A stretch of DNA of 64,000 bases from an uncultured Gammaproteobacteria bacterium. GTDB lineage: Bacteria > Pseudomonadota > Gammaproteobacteria > JAJDYQ01. Of this stretch, positions 21,210-31,210 are shown piece by piece. The translations under genes were made by a program, and so were the position numbers. Location of the stretch: contig CALODD010000067.1 of assembly GCA_942491945.1 (NCBI GenBank), forward strand, positions 4,518 to 68,517. Direction: 5' to 3'. Each line of letters opens with the position of its first letter. Positions within the stretch are counted from its first letter, which is position 1. The notes below the pieces were generated by a model. It did not search any database, was not told the DNA's origin, and saw only the letters and a list, made by a program, of their open reading frames with translations.

Positions 21210-21725
21210 TTAGGCGCCAGCGACCTGCATAAAACGCGATTCCTGTTGCCGCTGTTCTTCGGTGAGGTCGCGGCTGGCAAATTGTGGGTCGAGACGCATG
21301 CAGCGACGATATAGCTCCCATTTAATCTCATTCACACTCATTCCACAGGGGCCTGAAGGCAGGTCATCACTAATAATGGACTCAATCGGTTTACCGTCAT
21401 AAGTGCCGTAGATGATGATGGTTGGGGCACTTTCGTCAGATATGCCACGGCGGGCCTTATCAAAAGCGACGCAGGTTTGCAGAAAATTGGAGCGATTGCT
21501 CAGTAAGGTACTGAGCCTGAATGAGATTTTCTTGGTCTGACGCAGATATTCATAAATGACCAGGATCGCACCATGCTGATCACGTGCTACGTCATCGGCC
21601 GGGCCTATATGCAGGCGTGCTTCTGAGTCGAGTATATAGGGCGTATTCTTGAATTCACGTTGATCAAATGAACCGGTAGTACGGTTCACAAAATTCAAAT
21701 TTCCGAGTAATACTTCATCTACCAT
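21210..21725 (-). CDS. Hypothetical protein
   Basis: 171-aa ORF co-oriented with its neighbours, filling the gap between them; no motif recognised. Confidence 0.6.
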   Translation of the reverse strand: MVDEVLLGNLNFVNRTTGSFDQREFKNTPYILDSEARLHIGPADDVARDQHGAILVIYEYLRQTKKISFRLSTLLSNRSNFLQTCVAFDKARRGISDESAPTIIIYGTYDGKPIESIISDDLPSGPCGMSVNEIKWELYRRCMRLDPQFASRDLTEEQRQQESRFMQVAGA

Positions 21726-21800
21726 TACTTTCTTTCCTTAACCTGATACCGATAGTCTAGCATCTTGAGATTGGATAGAAGGCAGACAAACTTCACATTT

Positions 21801-22766
21801 TTATGATGCGCAACTCAGGCTAGCGCCCCCAAACCAGAAATCCAGGTCTTTTGCGAGGAAATCATCCACAGGCATATAGTGGGAACCATCGCAGGAGAAG
21901 TTTAAGCCGACGATTCCGTTCATAATATTCAGCGAAGCTGCGCGCAGATAGATTGTTTCATCTGCTTCGCGTAACTCTTTAAATACATTGAGCACCCGAG
22001 GTATTTTATCTACTGGTGTCACAGCATCAGCAGGGTAATCCATCTGTGGATAAGCCAGACAGACTCGAGGGTCAATTATTTCATCCAGTACATGCAGCCG
22101 GTAACGATAGGGGTCATCATAGGGCCATAAGGTTGCTCGCGAACTGGAGAAATGCAGCTTGAAATGGAAGATTCCCTGTTCGCACATCAGTGACTCAATC
22201 ACAGGTAACACTTCGTCCAGTTTTTCATCCATGGCACTATAGGTTCGTGTCTGCTGGAACAAAGTGCCACGTATCGATGGATCACCTTTTATCTGCCGCC
22301 ATTCTTGCATCTGTGTCTGGTCAACGTCTTTCAGAGGCAGGTCTTTCAAGCCAAAATCGGCTGCGACATAGCCAATTATCTGATCATTGAGTGAGATTCG
22401 ATGTAGTGCGGTAATGCAGGGTTTATGGGTATTTTGGTCGACGTACACCGTACTTAGAGCTAGATCTGTATCTTCATTCACCAGATCCAGGTAAGGGCGA
22501 TCCGATAAGTCCTGGCCGACAATGGTGTCATCCATGTCCACATCGGTGATATTACTACTGCGCTGTGCACCATTTTGGTCAATGGCATACAGCATGCGGC
22601 AGCGATGTGTGTTCGTCTTTTTTAGATACTGCCGTAATTCATGATCGAGATGAACACGGTTATCCCAGTTTTCTGCACAGATATCAGCAACTTGCGACAA
22701 CGGCTTACGCAGCATCGTAATCAAATTATCGCGCTGTCGTGAAATTGCGTTATCTAGCCAGTCCAT
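21801..22766 (-). CDS. Soluble Cache/PDC-like sensor domain protein with uncharacterised C-terminal domain (paralog 2)
   Basis: Same length (321 aa) and shared blocks with 7672-8637: QIKGDPSIR, SSRAT.W..DDP, CLA.P, ADETIYLRA.SLN, VGLNFSCDGSHY, DFWFG. Confidence 0.72.
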   Translation of the reverse strand: MDWLDNAISRQRDNLITMLRKPLSQVADICAENWDNRVHLDHELRQYLKKTNTHRCRMLYAIDQNGAQRSSNITDVDMDDTIVGQDLSDRPYLDLVNEDTDLALSTVYVDQNTHKPCITALHRISLNDQIIGYVAADFGLKDLPLKDVDQTQMQEWRQIKGDPSIRGTLFQQTRTYSAMDEKLDEVLPVIESLMCEQGIFHFKLHFSSSRATLWPYDDPYRYRLHVLDEIIDPRVCLAYPQMDYPADAVTPVDKIPRVLNVFKELREADETIYLRAASLNIMNGIVGLNFSCDGSHYMPVDDFLAKDLDFWFGGASLSCAS

Positions 22767-22775
22767 TATCGTGTG

Positions 22776-23588
22776 CTATTCATCATTAATTACCCTAGGT
22801 AATGCAAGTATTAGACCAAGCGTGTTCTGCAGCTGATCAATCCAGTCGCCGGATTCCATACGCCCTTCAAAATAGTATTGGCCATTCGCTGTACTGTATT
22901 CCAGATAAACGTCTAAACCGCTGGTGTGTTCCTGACGTTGCATTAAAACTGCTTCCTGTTTCAGTAGCCTTTCAATGCCTTCATACTGATGAGAATTGAT
23001 ATTCATCTCAGCGAGAACATCGCTATCATTTTCATAGGCCGTTAAGGTCATTGACTCAAGCTCGCCAGATGTCTGCCACAATACATAACGACGGCTGGGT
23101 GTTGAGTTAATACTCAGGGTAAGTAAAACATTCTGATCGGTTTCTGATAGATAGTCTGAAATCGTTGGCTGGGGTACTTCACTATGCCCTCGATATTCAA
23201 GATCTCGATCACGTAGCCACTGTCGTGCCTGCAAGGCATAAAATTGTTCTTTGAATGCATACCAGTCGTCTTCTTCTGCTGGGTGTTCTGCCAACGCCTG
23301 TTTAAAATGCCAGCCAGCCTGCTGTCGCTGGATGGCGACCCGTAATTTTTCCTGGCAGGCCAACTCATCAAGTGTGGCAATAAAACTTTCCATCAATGTG
23401 ACGATGATATCGGCATCAATAGGATCAATATTTAGATAACGACTATCTTCTACGGATGGGCGCTCTGATCGGGAACCAAAGAGTACTTCACCACTACGTG
23501 TATCTAACCACCAGCAACCATCATCACCATGTGCCTGCAAGGCCATGGTTAACATATCAATATCAACAGATGTAGGTGTCTGTGTCAT
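22776..23588 (-). CDS. UPF0158-family protein with C-terminal extension
   Basis: WWLDTRSGEV, MESFIATL, LRVAI...HFKQAL, WYAFKEQ...ARQWL match the UPF0158 pattern; ~120 extra C-terminal residues. Confidence 0.65.
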   Translation of the reverse strand: MTQTPTSVDIDMLTMALQAHGDDGCWWLDTRSGEVLFGSRSERPSVEDSRYLNIDPIDADIIVTLMESFIATLDELACQEKLRVAIQRQQAGWHFKQALAEHPAEEDDWYAFKEQFYALQARQWLRDRDLEYRGHSEVPQPTISDYLSETDQNVLLTLSINSTPSRRYVLWQTSGELESMTLTAYENDSDVLAEMNINSHQYEGIERLLKQEAVLMQRQEHTSGLDVYLEYSTANGQYYFEGRMESGDWIDQLQNTLGLILALPRVINDE

Positions 23589-23598
23589 TTTTCAAATG

Positions 23599-24366
23599 CT
23601 ATAAATCAAATTCAGCGATTACCGGTGTATGGTCAGAGGGTCGCTCGAGTTTCCTTGGTTCTTTATCAATGGTTCCTGCCGTACAGACTTCTGTCATTTC
23701 AGGGCTACTCAAAACTAAATCGATCCTTAAACCAAGATTACGACGGAAACCAGCTGCTCGATAATCCCACCAGCTAAACGCTTTTTCTTCCTGTTCAAAC
23801 AGACGAAAAGTATCGGTCAGTCCCATGTCTAATAAACGCTGCAATGCTTCACGTTCTGGAACACTACATAAGATACGATCCTGCCATGCTTCAGGATCAT
23901 GGGTATCTTCATCTTTTGGCGCGATATTGAAATCTCCCATCACGACAAATTTATCGTATTCTTTTAATTGTTCTTCAATGTAGTCACTGACTTTTTCTAA
24001 CCAGTGCAGCTTCCAGTCATATTTTTCATCGCCCACTTCTTTACCGTTGACGACATAGAGGTTTAAGACACGAACACCATCGACCGTAGCACCGAGGATG
24101 CGGCGTTGAGGATCATCTAAATCTGGAACATCAGTTATCACATCGGTTACTTCTGACTTCGTGATTAACGCAACACCGTTATAAGTTTTCTGACCAGCAT
24201 AAACGACGTTATATCCAGCCTCGCGTATTTCATCGGCTGGAAATACATCATCGGTCATTTTAGTTTCCTGCAATCCCAGTACATCGGGCTGGGCACTCTC
24301 CAGCCAGTCGAGTACATGCGGTAAGCGTACTCTTAATGAATTGACATTCCAGCTACTGATTTTCAT
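23599..24366 (-). CDS. xth: Exodeoxyribonuclease III
   Basis: SWNVNSLR, LQETK, YNGVA, GDFNIAP, FSWWDYR, GLRID, SDHTPV. Confidence 0.95.
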   Translation of the reverse strand: MKISSWNVNSLRVRLPHVLDWLESAQPDVLGLQETKMTDDVFPADEIREAGYNVVYAGQKTYNGVALITKSEVTDVITDVPDLDDPQRRILGATVDGVRVLNLYVVNGKEVGDEKYDWKLHWLEKVSDYIEEQLKEYDKFVVMGDFNIAPKDEDTHDPEAWQDRILCSVPEREALQRLLDMGLTDTFRLFEQEEKAFSWWDYRAAGFRRNLGLRIDLVLSSPEMTEVCTAGTIDKEPRKLERPSDHTPVIAEFDL

Positions 24367-25789
24367 TTATATCTGCTTCCTGTATTTCGACCCAGAAGGT
24401 GCTTCCATTATTAGGTATCGATTCAAATCCAATTGTACCTCCCATCTCCTCAACAAGTCGTTTAGAAATAGCCAGGCCAACACCACTACCTTCGATCAAA
24501 CCTGCTTCACGACCGAGACGATCAAAAGAATTAAATACTCGTTCCTGTTTATCATATGGAATACCTGTACCGGTATCTTTCACACAGACTTTAATCTTCC
24601 TGTTTTCTATTCGACTAACCATGACATCGACTCTACCACCAGGCTCATTATATTTAATCGCGTTTGTAATAATATTTAACAGTATCTGCTTAAAACGCGT
24701 CACATCTGTATAGAGCGCCATTGCTTTTAGGTCTTCAGTCTCATCAGGAAGATATAATTCAACATCATATTTCTCCAGCTGACTATCAACCATTTTTTTA
24801 CAGGTGCCAAACATATCTATGAGATTTGTGTATTCAAAATTTAGCTTGGATTTACCGGTTTCTATTCGAGACAGTTCAAGCACCTCATTTATCAATGTCA
24901 GCAAGTGTTCACCTGAATTGGAAATCATTTCAACATTATCACGCTGATCTTCCGTTAGATCTTCGTCCTTTAGAAGTTGTGAAAAGCCAATCACGGCATT
25001 CAAAGGTGTACGTAACTCATGCGACATGCTGGATAAAAACTCTGTCTTACTTTGATTGGCTTGCTCTGCTGACTGCTTGGCACTAAGTGCATCATCACGA
25101 GCTTCGATTAATTCATGCATCGTTTTTCGCTGACGATTATCGAGAGACTTAAATCTGCTGAGTACACCCGTCGCGATCGCCAGGCTCAGGAGTAACCCGA
25201 TAGTAAATAACGTTGCCATCCACTGGTTACTTTGCTTGTGATAAAGATTATTTTTTGCAATATCGTCTTTAAAGCCTTCTTGCTGATAATTAATCATATT
25301 ACGGACTGCTACGAGCAAGTTATTTATCGTGCCCGATAACTCTCTGCCCATGAGTCGTTGAGCTTCATCCAGTTCATCATTTTCGATCAAATTTACAATA
25401 CCATCTTCGGTCCAGTAATTATCTGTTGCACCTTTAATGACCTTTTCCATTAGCTGCTTTTCCTCATCGGTATCTAGCAATACCAGCAATGCATCACGGC
25501 TTTTAATAAATTCAAGAGGAAGGTAGCGAAAACGCAACAGTAGCTCATCACGTTCAAAATAATCTTCTGTAATAACAACCGCACGTAGAATGGCCAGCCG
25601 CTCAATGGCGACATCATTCATGGCTAGTGCGAGTTCGACCTTGCGCGTACGGTCATTCGTAATGTCATCGGCTTTATCGATGATGTGCTGCATCTGCGTT
25701 AAACCAAAGACAGCAATGAGTAATAAAATACCGATTAAGGTACCAAAACCCAGGAGGAGGAGACGTTTGCTATTGCCAGCTTCAAGCAT
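24353..25789 (-). CDS. Sensor histidine kinase (two TM, periplasmic four-helix sensor, HisKA, HATPase_c)
   Basis: TM, 4HB_MCP-like region, TM, FLSSMSHELRTPLN, N/G boxes; no receiver domain. Confidence 0.9.
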   Translation of the reverse strand: MLEAGNSKRLLLLGFGTLIGILLLIAVFGLTQMQHIIDKADDITNDRTRKVELALAMNDVAIERLAILRAVVITEDYFERDELLLRFRYLPLEFIKSRDALLVLLDTDEEKQLMEKVIKGATDNYWTEDGIVNLIENDELDEAQRLMGRELSGTINNLLVAVRNMINYQQEGFKDDIAKNNLYHKQSNQWMATLFTIGLLLSLAIATGVLSRFKSLDNRQRKTMHELIEARDDALSAKQSAEQANQSKTEFLSSMSHELRTPLNAVIGFSQLLKDEDLTEDQRDNVEMISNSGEHLLTLINEVLELSRIETGKSKLNFEYTNLIDMFGTCKKMVDSQLEKYDVELYLPDETEDLKAMALYTDVTRFKQILLNIITNAIKYNEPGGRVDVMVSRIENRKIKVCVKDTGTGIPYDKQERVFNSFDRLGREAGLIEGSGVGLAISKRLVEEMGGTIGFESIPNNGSTFWVEIQEADINENQ

Positions 25790-25866
25790 AGGGCTTTATA
25801 GCAAATTCCTATGAAGATAAAACCAGGATATTAAAACTTTTGTAAATATCTGAGTCTAGACAGTAA

Positions 25867-26490
25867 TTAGACCGGGTTATATCCGCCAAAGCGCTCTTTA
25901 ACCTTACCTTCAAGATACTTGAAGCCGATAAAGAAACCGGTAATTAGTGTCAGCAAAGGAATAATTAGCCAGAAGATATAATTTTTCTTCGTCGGTCGAT
26001 TGTCGGTTTGCTGGCGCAGTTCGCGTAGTTCATCGACCTGACGTGTGTTTTGAGTCTGTAATTCACTTAAGCGATTTTGTAATGATTCGCGTTCTGCTTC
26101 TGCCTGTTCGACACGCTTAATAAGCACAGTATCTTTTGTTTCTGGGACAGCGGGTTGTTCGAGTATTAGATCTGTATGTTTGGATCGAAGACTATCCAGC
26201 TCTTCCTGAACTTCGGCCAGTTTAACTACTGCCGGTTTTTCTTTCAGAAGATAACTGCTTTTGACCCAGCCTTTTGTTCCGCTCTCGGTTTTTACCTGGG
26301 CATAGCTATCATCACGTTTTAGTAACTCGACTTTATCACCAGACTTGAGGGCTGGCAGCGTCTGACTCAACGCACTGTCTTTGTACATTTTCAGCGTCAG
26401 CTGGTCAGAAACGTAACGTACTTCTGCAACTACAGCGGTGGAAGCTACCAATAGTAAACCGCCAGCAATCAGGCGAAGGCTGGTATTCAC
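25867..26490 (-). CDS. SH3 domain protein (TIGR04211/YgiM-like)
   Basis: Signal peptide (likely GTG start at 26490), RYVSDQL, YAQVKTESGTKGWV SH3b, coiled coil, C-terminal TM. Confidence 0.8.
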   Translation of the reverse strand: MNTSLRLIAGGLLLVASTAVVAEVRYVSDQLTLKMYKDSALSQTLPALKSGDKVELLKRDDSYAQVKTESGTKGWVKSSYLLKEKPAVVKLAEVQEELDSLRSKHTDLILEQPAVPETKDTVLIKRVEQAEAERESLQNRLSELQTQNTRQVDELRELRQQTDNRPTKKNYIFWLIIPLLTLITGFFIGFKYLEGKVKERFGGYNPV

Positions 26491-26693
26491 ACAACAAAGT
26501 GAAAGGTTATATGGCATACAAAACAGCGTGTTTTGGCTCAATTACAAAGTATTTTAGTATATTATCATTATAACTCTATGTAATTAAAGATATTTATTTA
26601 TCAATTATTCTGATCGTTTATTCGAATTGCGCCCTACGAACGAATTGGTAACAATCCAGTCTATTCGCTTACTTCTAATCTGCAGGAACTCCA

Positions 26694-28067
26694 ATGTCTA
26701 AATCCAAGCCAGAACATTTCGACCTCATCGCTATTGGTGGCGGTAGCGGCGGCTTATCAACACCGGAATGGGCGGCGCGCTACTACGGCAAAAAATGCGC
26801 TGTCGTAGAGAGTAAAGAGCTCGGAGGCACCTGCGTTAATGTCGGCTGTGTACCGAAAAAAGTCATGTGGTTTGCAGCTTCTCATGCCCATAACCTGGAA
26901 ACCGCCAAAGACTTTGGTTTCGACGTGGAAAATAAAGGCCACGACTGGAATACGCTGGTTGAAGGACGTAATAAATACATTGGTGGAATTTTGAGCTGGT
27001 ATGACACTTTTATGGATGATCTCAACATTACGCATCTAAAAGGCCATGCTAAATTCATAGATAGCAACACAATCGAGGTTAATGGCAGCCAGTACACAGC
27101 AGATCACATCCTGATTGCGACAGGTGGCAAACCCTTCGTTCTACCAGTACCTGGCGCTGAGCTGGGTATTACCTCAGACGGTTTCTTTGAACTCGACAAA
27201 CGCCCGGATCACGTCTGCATCATCGGTGGCGGCTATATCGGTGTTGAACTGGCGGGTGTACTCAATGCCCTGGGTTCGAAAGTCTGCCTGACCATGCGGA
27301 CACATGACGAAGATTTCATCCCTCAGTTTGATTGCACCCTGCGCGAAGTCCTGATGGAAGAAATGGTCAAAGCCGGGGTTCGAATCGAACCGGGCAACAG
27401 CACCATTGACCGGCTGGAGAAACAGGACGACGGCACGATTACGCTGCACTGGGGTAATGGTGAAAAACTTGAAGGCTTCGATACGGTTATCTGGGCCGTA
27501 GGGCGTTCGCCAAATATTGATGGCCTGGATCTGGATGCCGCAGGCGTCGAATATACAGATCGTGGGTTTATTCCAACCGATGATTACCAGAATACCAATG
27601 TAGAAGGTATTTACGCGGTCGGTGATGTTACGGGCCGTATGGCGCTGACACCGGTTGCGATTGCAGCCGCACGTCGCCTTGGTGACCGTCTATTTGGTAA
27701 CCAGCCGGAACGTAAACTAGATTACGATCTTATCCCTTCTGTGGTTTTCTCGCATCCACCCATGGCCACTGTCGGTATGACCGAGCAGGAAGCCCGTGAA
27801 AAACACGGTGGAACGGTAAAGATTTATCAATCCCGTTTCTCACCCATGGCCTACAGCTTATCTGAGCACAAAGTCGATACCGCTCTGAAACTGGTATGTA
27901 TTGGCGCCGATGAAAAGGTCGTCGGTTGCCATATCATCGGCGACGGTGCAGATGAAATGCTGCAGGGTTTTGCCGTTGCCATCAAGATGGGTGCCACCAA
28001 GGCTGATTTCGATAATACCGTCGCGATTCACCCCACCAGTTCCGAGGAACTCGTTACCTTGCGATAG
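26694..28067 (+). CDS. gor: Glutathione-disulfide reductase
   Basis: [20 protein letters not shown] redox motif, [21 protein letters not shown]-terminal HPTSSEE. Confidence 0.95.
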   Translation: MSKSKPEHFDLIAIGGGSGGLSTPEWAARYYGKKCAVVESKELGGTCVNVGCVPKKVMWFAASHAHNLETAKDFGFDVENKGHDWNTLVEGRNKYIGGILSWYDTFMDDLNITHLKGHAKFIDSNTIEVNGSQYTADHILIATGGKPFVLPVPGAELGITSDGFFELDKRPDHVCIIGGGYIGVELAGVLNALGSKVCLTMRTHDEDFIPQFDCTLREVLMEEMVKAGVRIEPGNSTIDRLEKQDDGTITLHWGNGEKLEGFDTVIWAVGRSPNIDGLDLDAAGVEYTDRGFIPTDDYQNTNVEGIYAVGDVTGRMALTPVAIAAARRLGDRLFGNQPERKLDYDLIPSVVFSHPPMATVGMTEQEAREKHGGTVKIYQSRFSPMAYSLSEHKVDTALKLVCIGADEKVVGCHIIGDGADEMLQGFAVAIKMGATKADFDNTVAIHPTSSEELVTLR

Positions 28068-28077
28068 ATATTCCTGT

Positions 28078-28159
28078 CACAGAGGCACGGAGACACAGAG
28101 ATTTTATAATTTATTTTCTCTGTGCCTTTGTGTCTCTGTGCCTTTGTGTCTCTGTGGTG
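28078..28159. repeat. REP-like imperfect palindrome with an internal 16-bp tandem duplication
   Basis: Left arm CACAGAGGCACGGAGACACAGAG (28078-28100); right arm CTCTGTG plus CCTTTGTGTCTCTGTG twice (28125-28140, 28141-28156). Confidence 0.7.
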
Positions 28160-28214
28160 AATAAGTAATTTCAATCATTTCATGGAATAATACGCGCCAG
28201 TTTTTTGCGCTGTA

Positions 28215-30290
28215 ATGACCATGACCACGACACAAGATCTACTGTTTGAGCTGGGTACCGAAGAGTTACCCCCCGTTGCCCTGAAACGCCTTTCTCAGGC
28301 ACTAACCGACGAATTTGCATCTGGCCTGAAAGATGCCAATCTCGATTATTCGGAATTACAAAGCTTTGCCGCGCCACGCCGTCTGGCTGTGATCGCCAAA
28401 GATTGTGCGACGCGTCAGCAAGATCGGGAAATCCAACGCCGTGGTCCTGCCGTAAAGGCCGCCTTCGACGGTGACGGTAATCCAACCAAAGCTGCGGAAG
28501 GTTTTGCGCGCTCCTGTGGCACAACGGTCGACCAACTCGGTCGAGAAAAAACCGACAAAGGCGAGTGGTTGTCATTCAACCTCCAGGAAACTGGTAAAGA
28601 AGCAGCGGAGCTCTTGCCCGCGATTGCTGACAAAGCACTCAATCGACTACCGATTCCGAAACGCATGCGCTGGGGTGATTCCGATGCACAGTTTGTACGC
28701 CCGGTTCACTGGCTGGTCTTTATGCAGGGTGAAGACATTGTTCCCTGTGACCTGATGGGTGTCTCTGCGGGCAAACAAACCCGTGGCCACCGTTTCCATC
28801 ATCCAGACACTATCGACATTAATACGCCGGCTGAATACGCCGACAAACTTAAAGAAGGCAAAGTCATTGCAGACTTTGCTTCCCGTCGCGAAAGTATCCG
28901 TGAACAGGTAAATGCAGAGGCCGCCAGCCTCGGAGGCCAAGCCGATATGGATGAAGCCTTGCTTGATGAAGTTACCGCGCTAGTAGAATGGCCGGTTCCT
29001 GTATCTGCAGGGTTTGAAGAAAAGTATCTAGAAGTTCCGAACGAGGCACTCATCTACACCATGAAAAAGAACCAGAAATATTTTCCGGTTCTCAATAAAG
29101 ACGGCAGCCTGATGAATAACTTCATCACCATCGCCAATATCGAAAGCAGCAATCCAAAGGTTATCAGCGATGGTAATGAACGCGTGGTTCGTCCACGTCT
29201 TGCGGATGCAATGTTCTTCTGGCAACAGGACGGTAAGAAAAAACTCGAAGATCATCTGGAAGGCATGAAATCAGTGGTCTTTCAGCAAAAGCTTGGTTCG
29301 ATGTTTGATAAGTCCGAGCGCGTTTCGAATCTGGCTGGCGTAATTGCTTCACATATCGATGGTGATGTTGAACTGGCCAAACGTGCTGGCCTGTTATCTC
29401 GTTGTGATCTGATGACTGAGACCGTTGGTGAGTTTGCCGAGATGCAGGGCATTATGGGTCGTCACCAGGCACGTCGTGATGGTGAGCCTGAAGAACTCGC
29501 TCTGGCGATGGATGAGTTTTATATGCCGCGTTTTTCTGGTGACCAGCTACCCGCGACCAAGACCGGCATTGCGATCTCACTAGCAGAAAAGATTGATACC
29601 TTACTCGGTATCTTTGGCATCGGTATGAAACCGACAGGTGATAAAGATCCATTCGCACTACGTCGTGCAGCGCTTGGTGCATTACGTATTCTGAAAGAAC
29701 ATGCGCTGGATATCGATTTACATGCATTATTAAAGCAGGCAACAGAACAACTTGGTGACAAGGTCGAAGCCGATAACGTCGCTGATGACGTTTACGACTT
29801 TATGATGAATCGTCTTAAAGGTTTGTACAGCGATGACGGTGTATCAGCAGAAGCTTTTACCGCCGTTGCACAACGTCGTCCAGGCAACATTGCCGATTTC
29901 GACAAACGACTTAAAGCTGTAATGAGCTTCCAGCAACTCGCCGAAGCAGAATCACTGGCCGCAGCAAATAAACGCATTAGTAATATTCTGAAAAAATCGA
30001 GTGATGCGCAGTTACCTGAACTCAATGCCGATCTATTCCAGCAAGACGAAGAACGCGTATTGAATGATCAGGTTCATGCCATGAGTGAAAAAGTCACGCC
30101 GATGTTACTGGAAGGTAACTATGAAGCGACTCTAAAAGAACTCGCCGGTTTGCGTGAACCCGTCGATACTTTTTTCGATAACGTCATGGTGATGGCTGAC
30201 GATGCAGCCATCAAAGCAAATCGTCTTGCGTTACTGACTCGCTTACAACATCTCTTTTTACAGGTTGCGGATATCTCGCATCTGTCATGA
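28215..30290 (+). CDS. glyS: Glycine-tRNA ligase beta subunit
   Basis: LFELGTEELPP, APRRLAV, PKRMRWG, FVRPVHW, GNERVVRPRLADA, KDPFALRRAALG, NRLALL. Confidence 0.97.
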   Translation: MTMTTTQDLLFELGTEELPPVALKRLSQALTDEFASGLKDANLDYSELQSFAAPRRLAVIAKDCATRQQDREIQRRGPAVKAAFDGDGNPTKAAEGFARSCGTTVDQLGREKTDKGEWLSFNLQETGKEAAELLPAIADKALNRLPIPKRMRWGDSDAQFVRPVHWLVFMQGEDIVPCDLMGVSAGKQTRGHRFHHPDTIDINTPAEYADKLKEGKVIADFASRRESIREQVNAEAASLGGQADMDEALLDEVTALVEWPVPVSAGFEEKYLEVPNEALIYTMKKNQKYFPVLNKDGSLMNNFITIANIESSNPKVISDGNERVVRPRLADAMFFWQQDGKKKLEDHLEGMKSVVFQQKLGSMFDKSERVSNLAGVIASHIDGDVELAKRAGLLSRCDLMTETVGEFAEMQGIMGRHQARRDGEPEELALAMDEFYMPRFSGDQLPATKTGIAISLAEKIDTLLGIFGIGMKPTGDKDPFALRRAALGALRILKEHALDIDLHALLKQATEQLGDKVEADNVADDVYDFMMNRLKGLYSDDGVSAEAFTAVAQRRPGNIADFDKRLKAVMSFQQLAEAESLAAANKRISNILKKSSDAQLPELNADLFQQDEERVLNDQVHAMSEKVTPMLLEGNYEATLKELAGLREPVDTFFDNVMVMADDAAIKANRLALLTRLQHLFLQVADISHLS

Positions 30291-30649
30291 GCGTCGATCA
30301 CGATAACTGGTCTGGCATGATGGCCTCGGTGCAAGCCTTTCATGACAAACACCGTTTTAAAGAAACCGGTGGTGAAGACCTGACTTATCGCATTGCCTTA
30401 ATGGCCGAAGAGCTGGGTGAAATTTCATCCTGTGTTACCAAAGGCAAACCACTCGAAGAATTATCCGAGGAAGTCGCTGATTTACTCATCCTGATCATGG
30501 GCACCGGCATCGCCGCCGATTTTGATCTGAATGATGCCTTCTGGAAAAAAATGGATAAACTCATGCAACGCGAATCACGCATGGTCAACGGTCGTATCCG
30601 TGTTTCTGAATTTCGTGGCGTCGATCATAGCGAAGAGAAGAGCGCATGA
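30287..30649 (+). CDS. MazG-like nucleotide pyrophosphohydrolase
   Basis: EELGEI...EEVADLL acidic motifs; ATGA overlaps with glyS and gmhB. Confidence 0.8.
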   Translation: MSVDHDNWSGMMASVQAFHDKHRFKETGGEDLTYRIALMAEELGEISSCVTKGKPLEELSEEVADLLILIMGTGIAADFDLNDAFWKKMDKLMQRESRMVNGRIRVSEFRGVDHSEEKSA

Positions 30650-31197
30650 AGAAGCTCATCATTCTCGATCGCGATGGTGTCATTAATCATGATTCGGATG
30701 ACTATATTAAGTCACCGCAAGAATGGCAGCCGATCGACGGTAGTCTGGAAGCTATAGCCCGTTTGAATCATGCCGGCTATCGTGTGGTCGTCGCAACCAA
30801 TCAATCTGGTATCGCACGTAAGCTGTTCAGCATCGATACCCTGATAGAAATGCATAATAAAATGCTACGTCTGACAGAAGAAGTGGGCGGTCATATCGAA
30901 GCCATCTTTTTTTGCCCACATGCGCCGAAAGATGATTGCGATTGCCGCAAACCAAAACCTGGAATGTACATTGATATCAGCAAGCGATTCCATGTACCGC
31001 TGCATGATCTTCCTGTCATTGGAGATTCATTACGTGATCTGCAGGCAGCCGCCGCGGTAAAAGCACAACCGTTTCTGGTAAAGACAGGTAAAGGAGAGAA
31101 AACCGCTGGGCTGCTCGAAGAATCTGGTCTTGGCGATATTCCAATCTTTGATGATCTTGCCCACGCTGCTGATTACATAATTTCTGAAGCGCCTTAA
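30646..31197 (+). CDS. gmhB: D-glycero-beta-D-manno-heptose 1,7-bisphosphate 7-phosphatase
   Basis: ILDRDGVIN HAD motif, TNQSG, CPH...CDCRKPKPG, IGDSLRDL. Confidence 0.93.
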   Translation: MKKLIILDRDGVINHDSDDYIKSPQEWQPIDGSLEAIARLNHAGYRVVVATNQSGIARKLFSIDTLIEMHNKMLRLTEEVGGHIEAIFFCPHAPKDDCDCRKPKPGMYIDISKRFHVPLHDLPVIGDSLRDLQAAAAVKAQPFLVKTGKGEKTAGLLEESGLGDIPIFDDLAHAADYIISEAP

Positions 31198-31210
31198 TTT
31201 TAATATCACT

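Noticed and set aside
28078-28159. CRISPR array
   Set aside because: The units are adjacent tandem and inverted repeats without unique spacers, and there are no cas genes.
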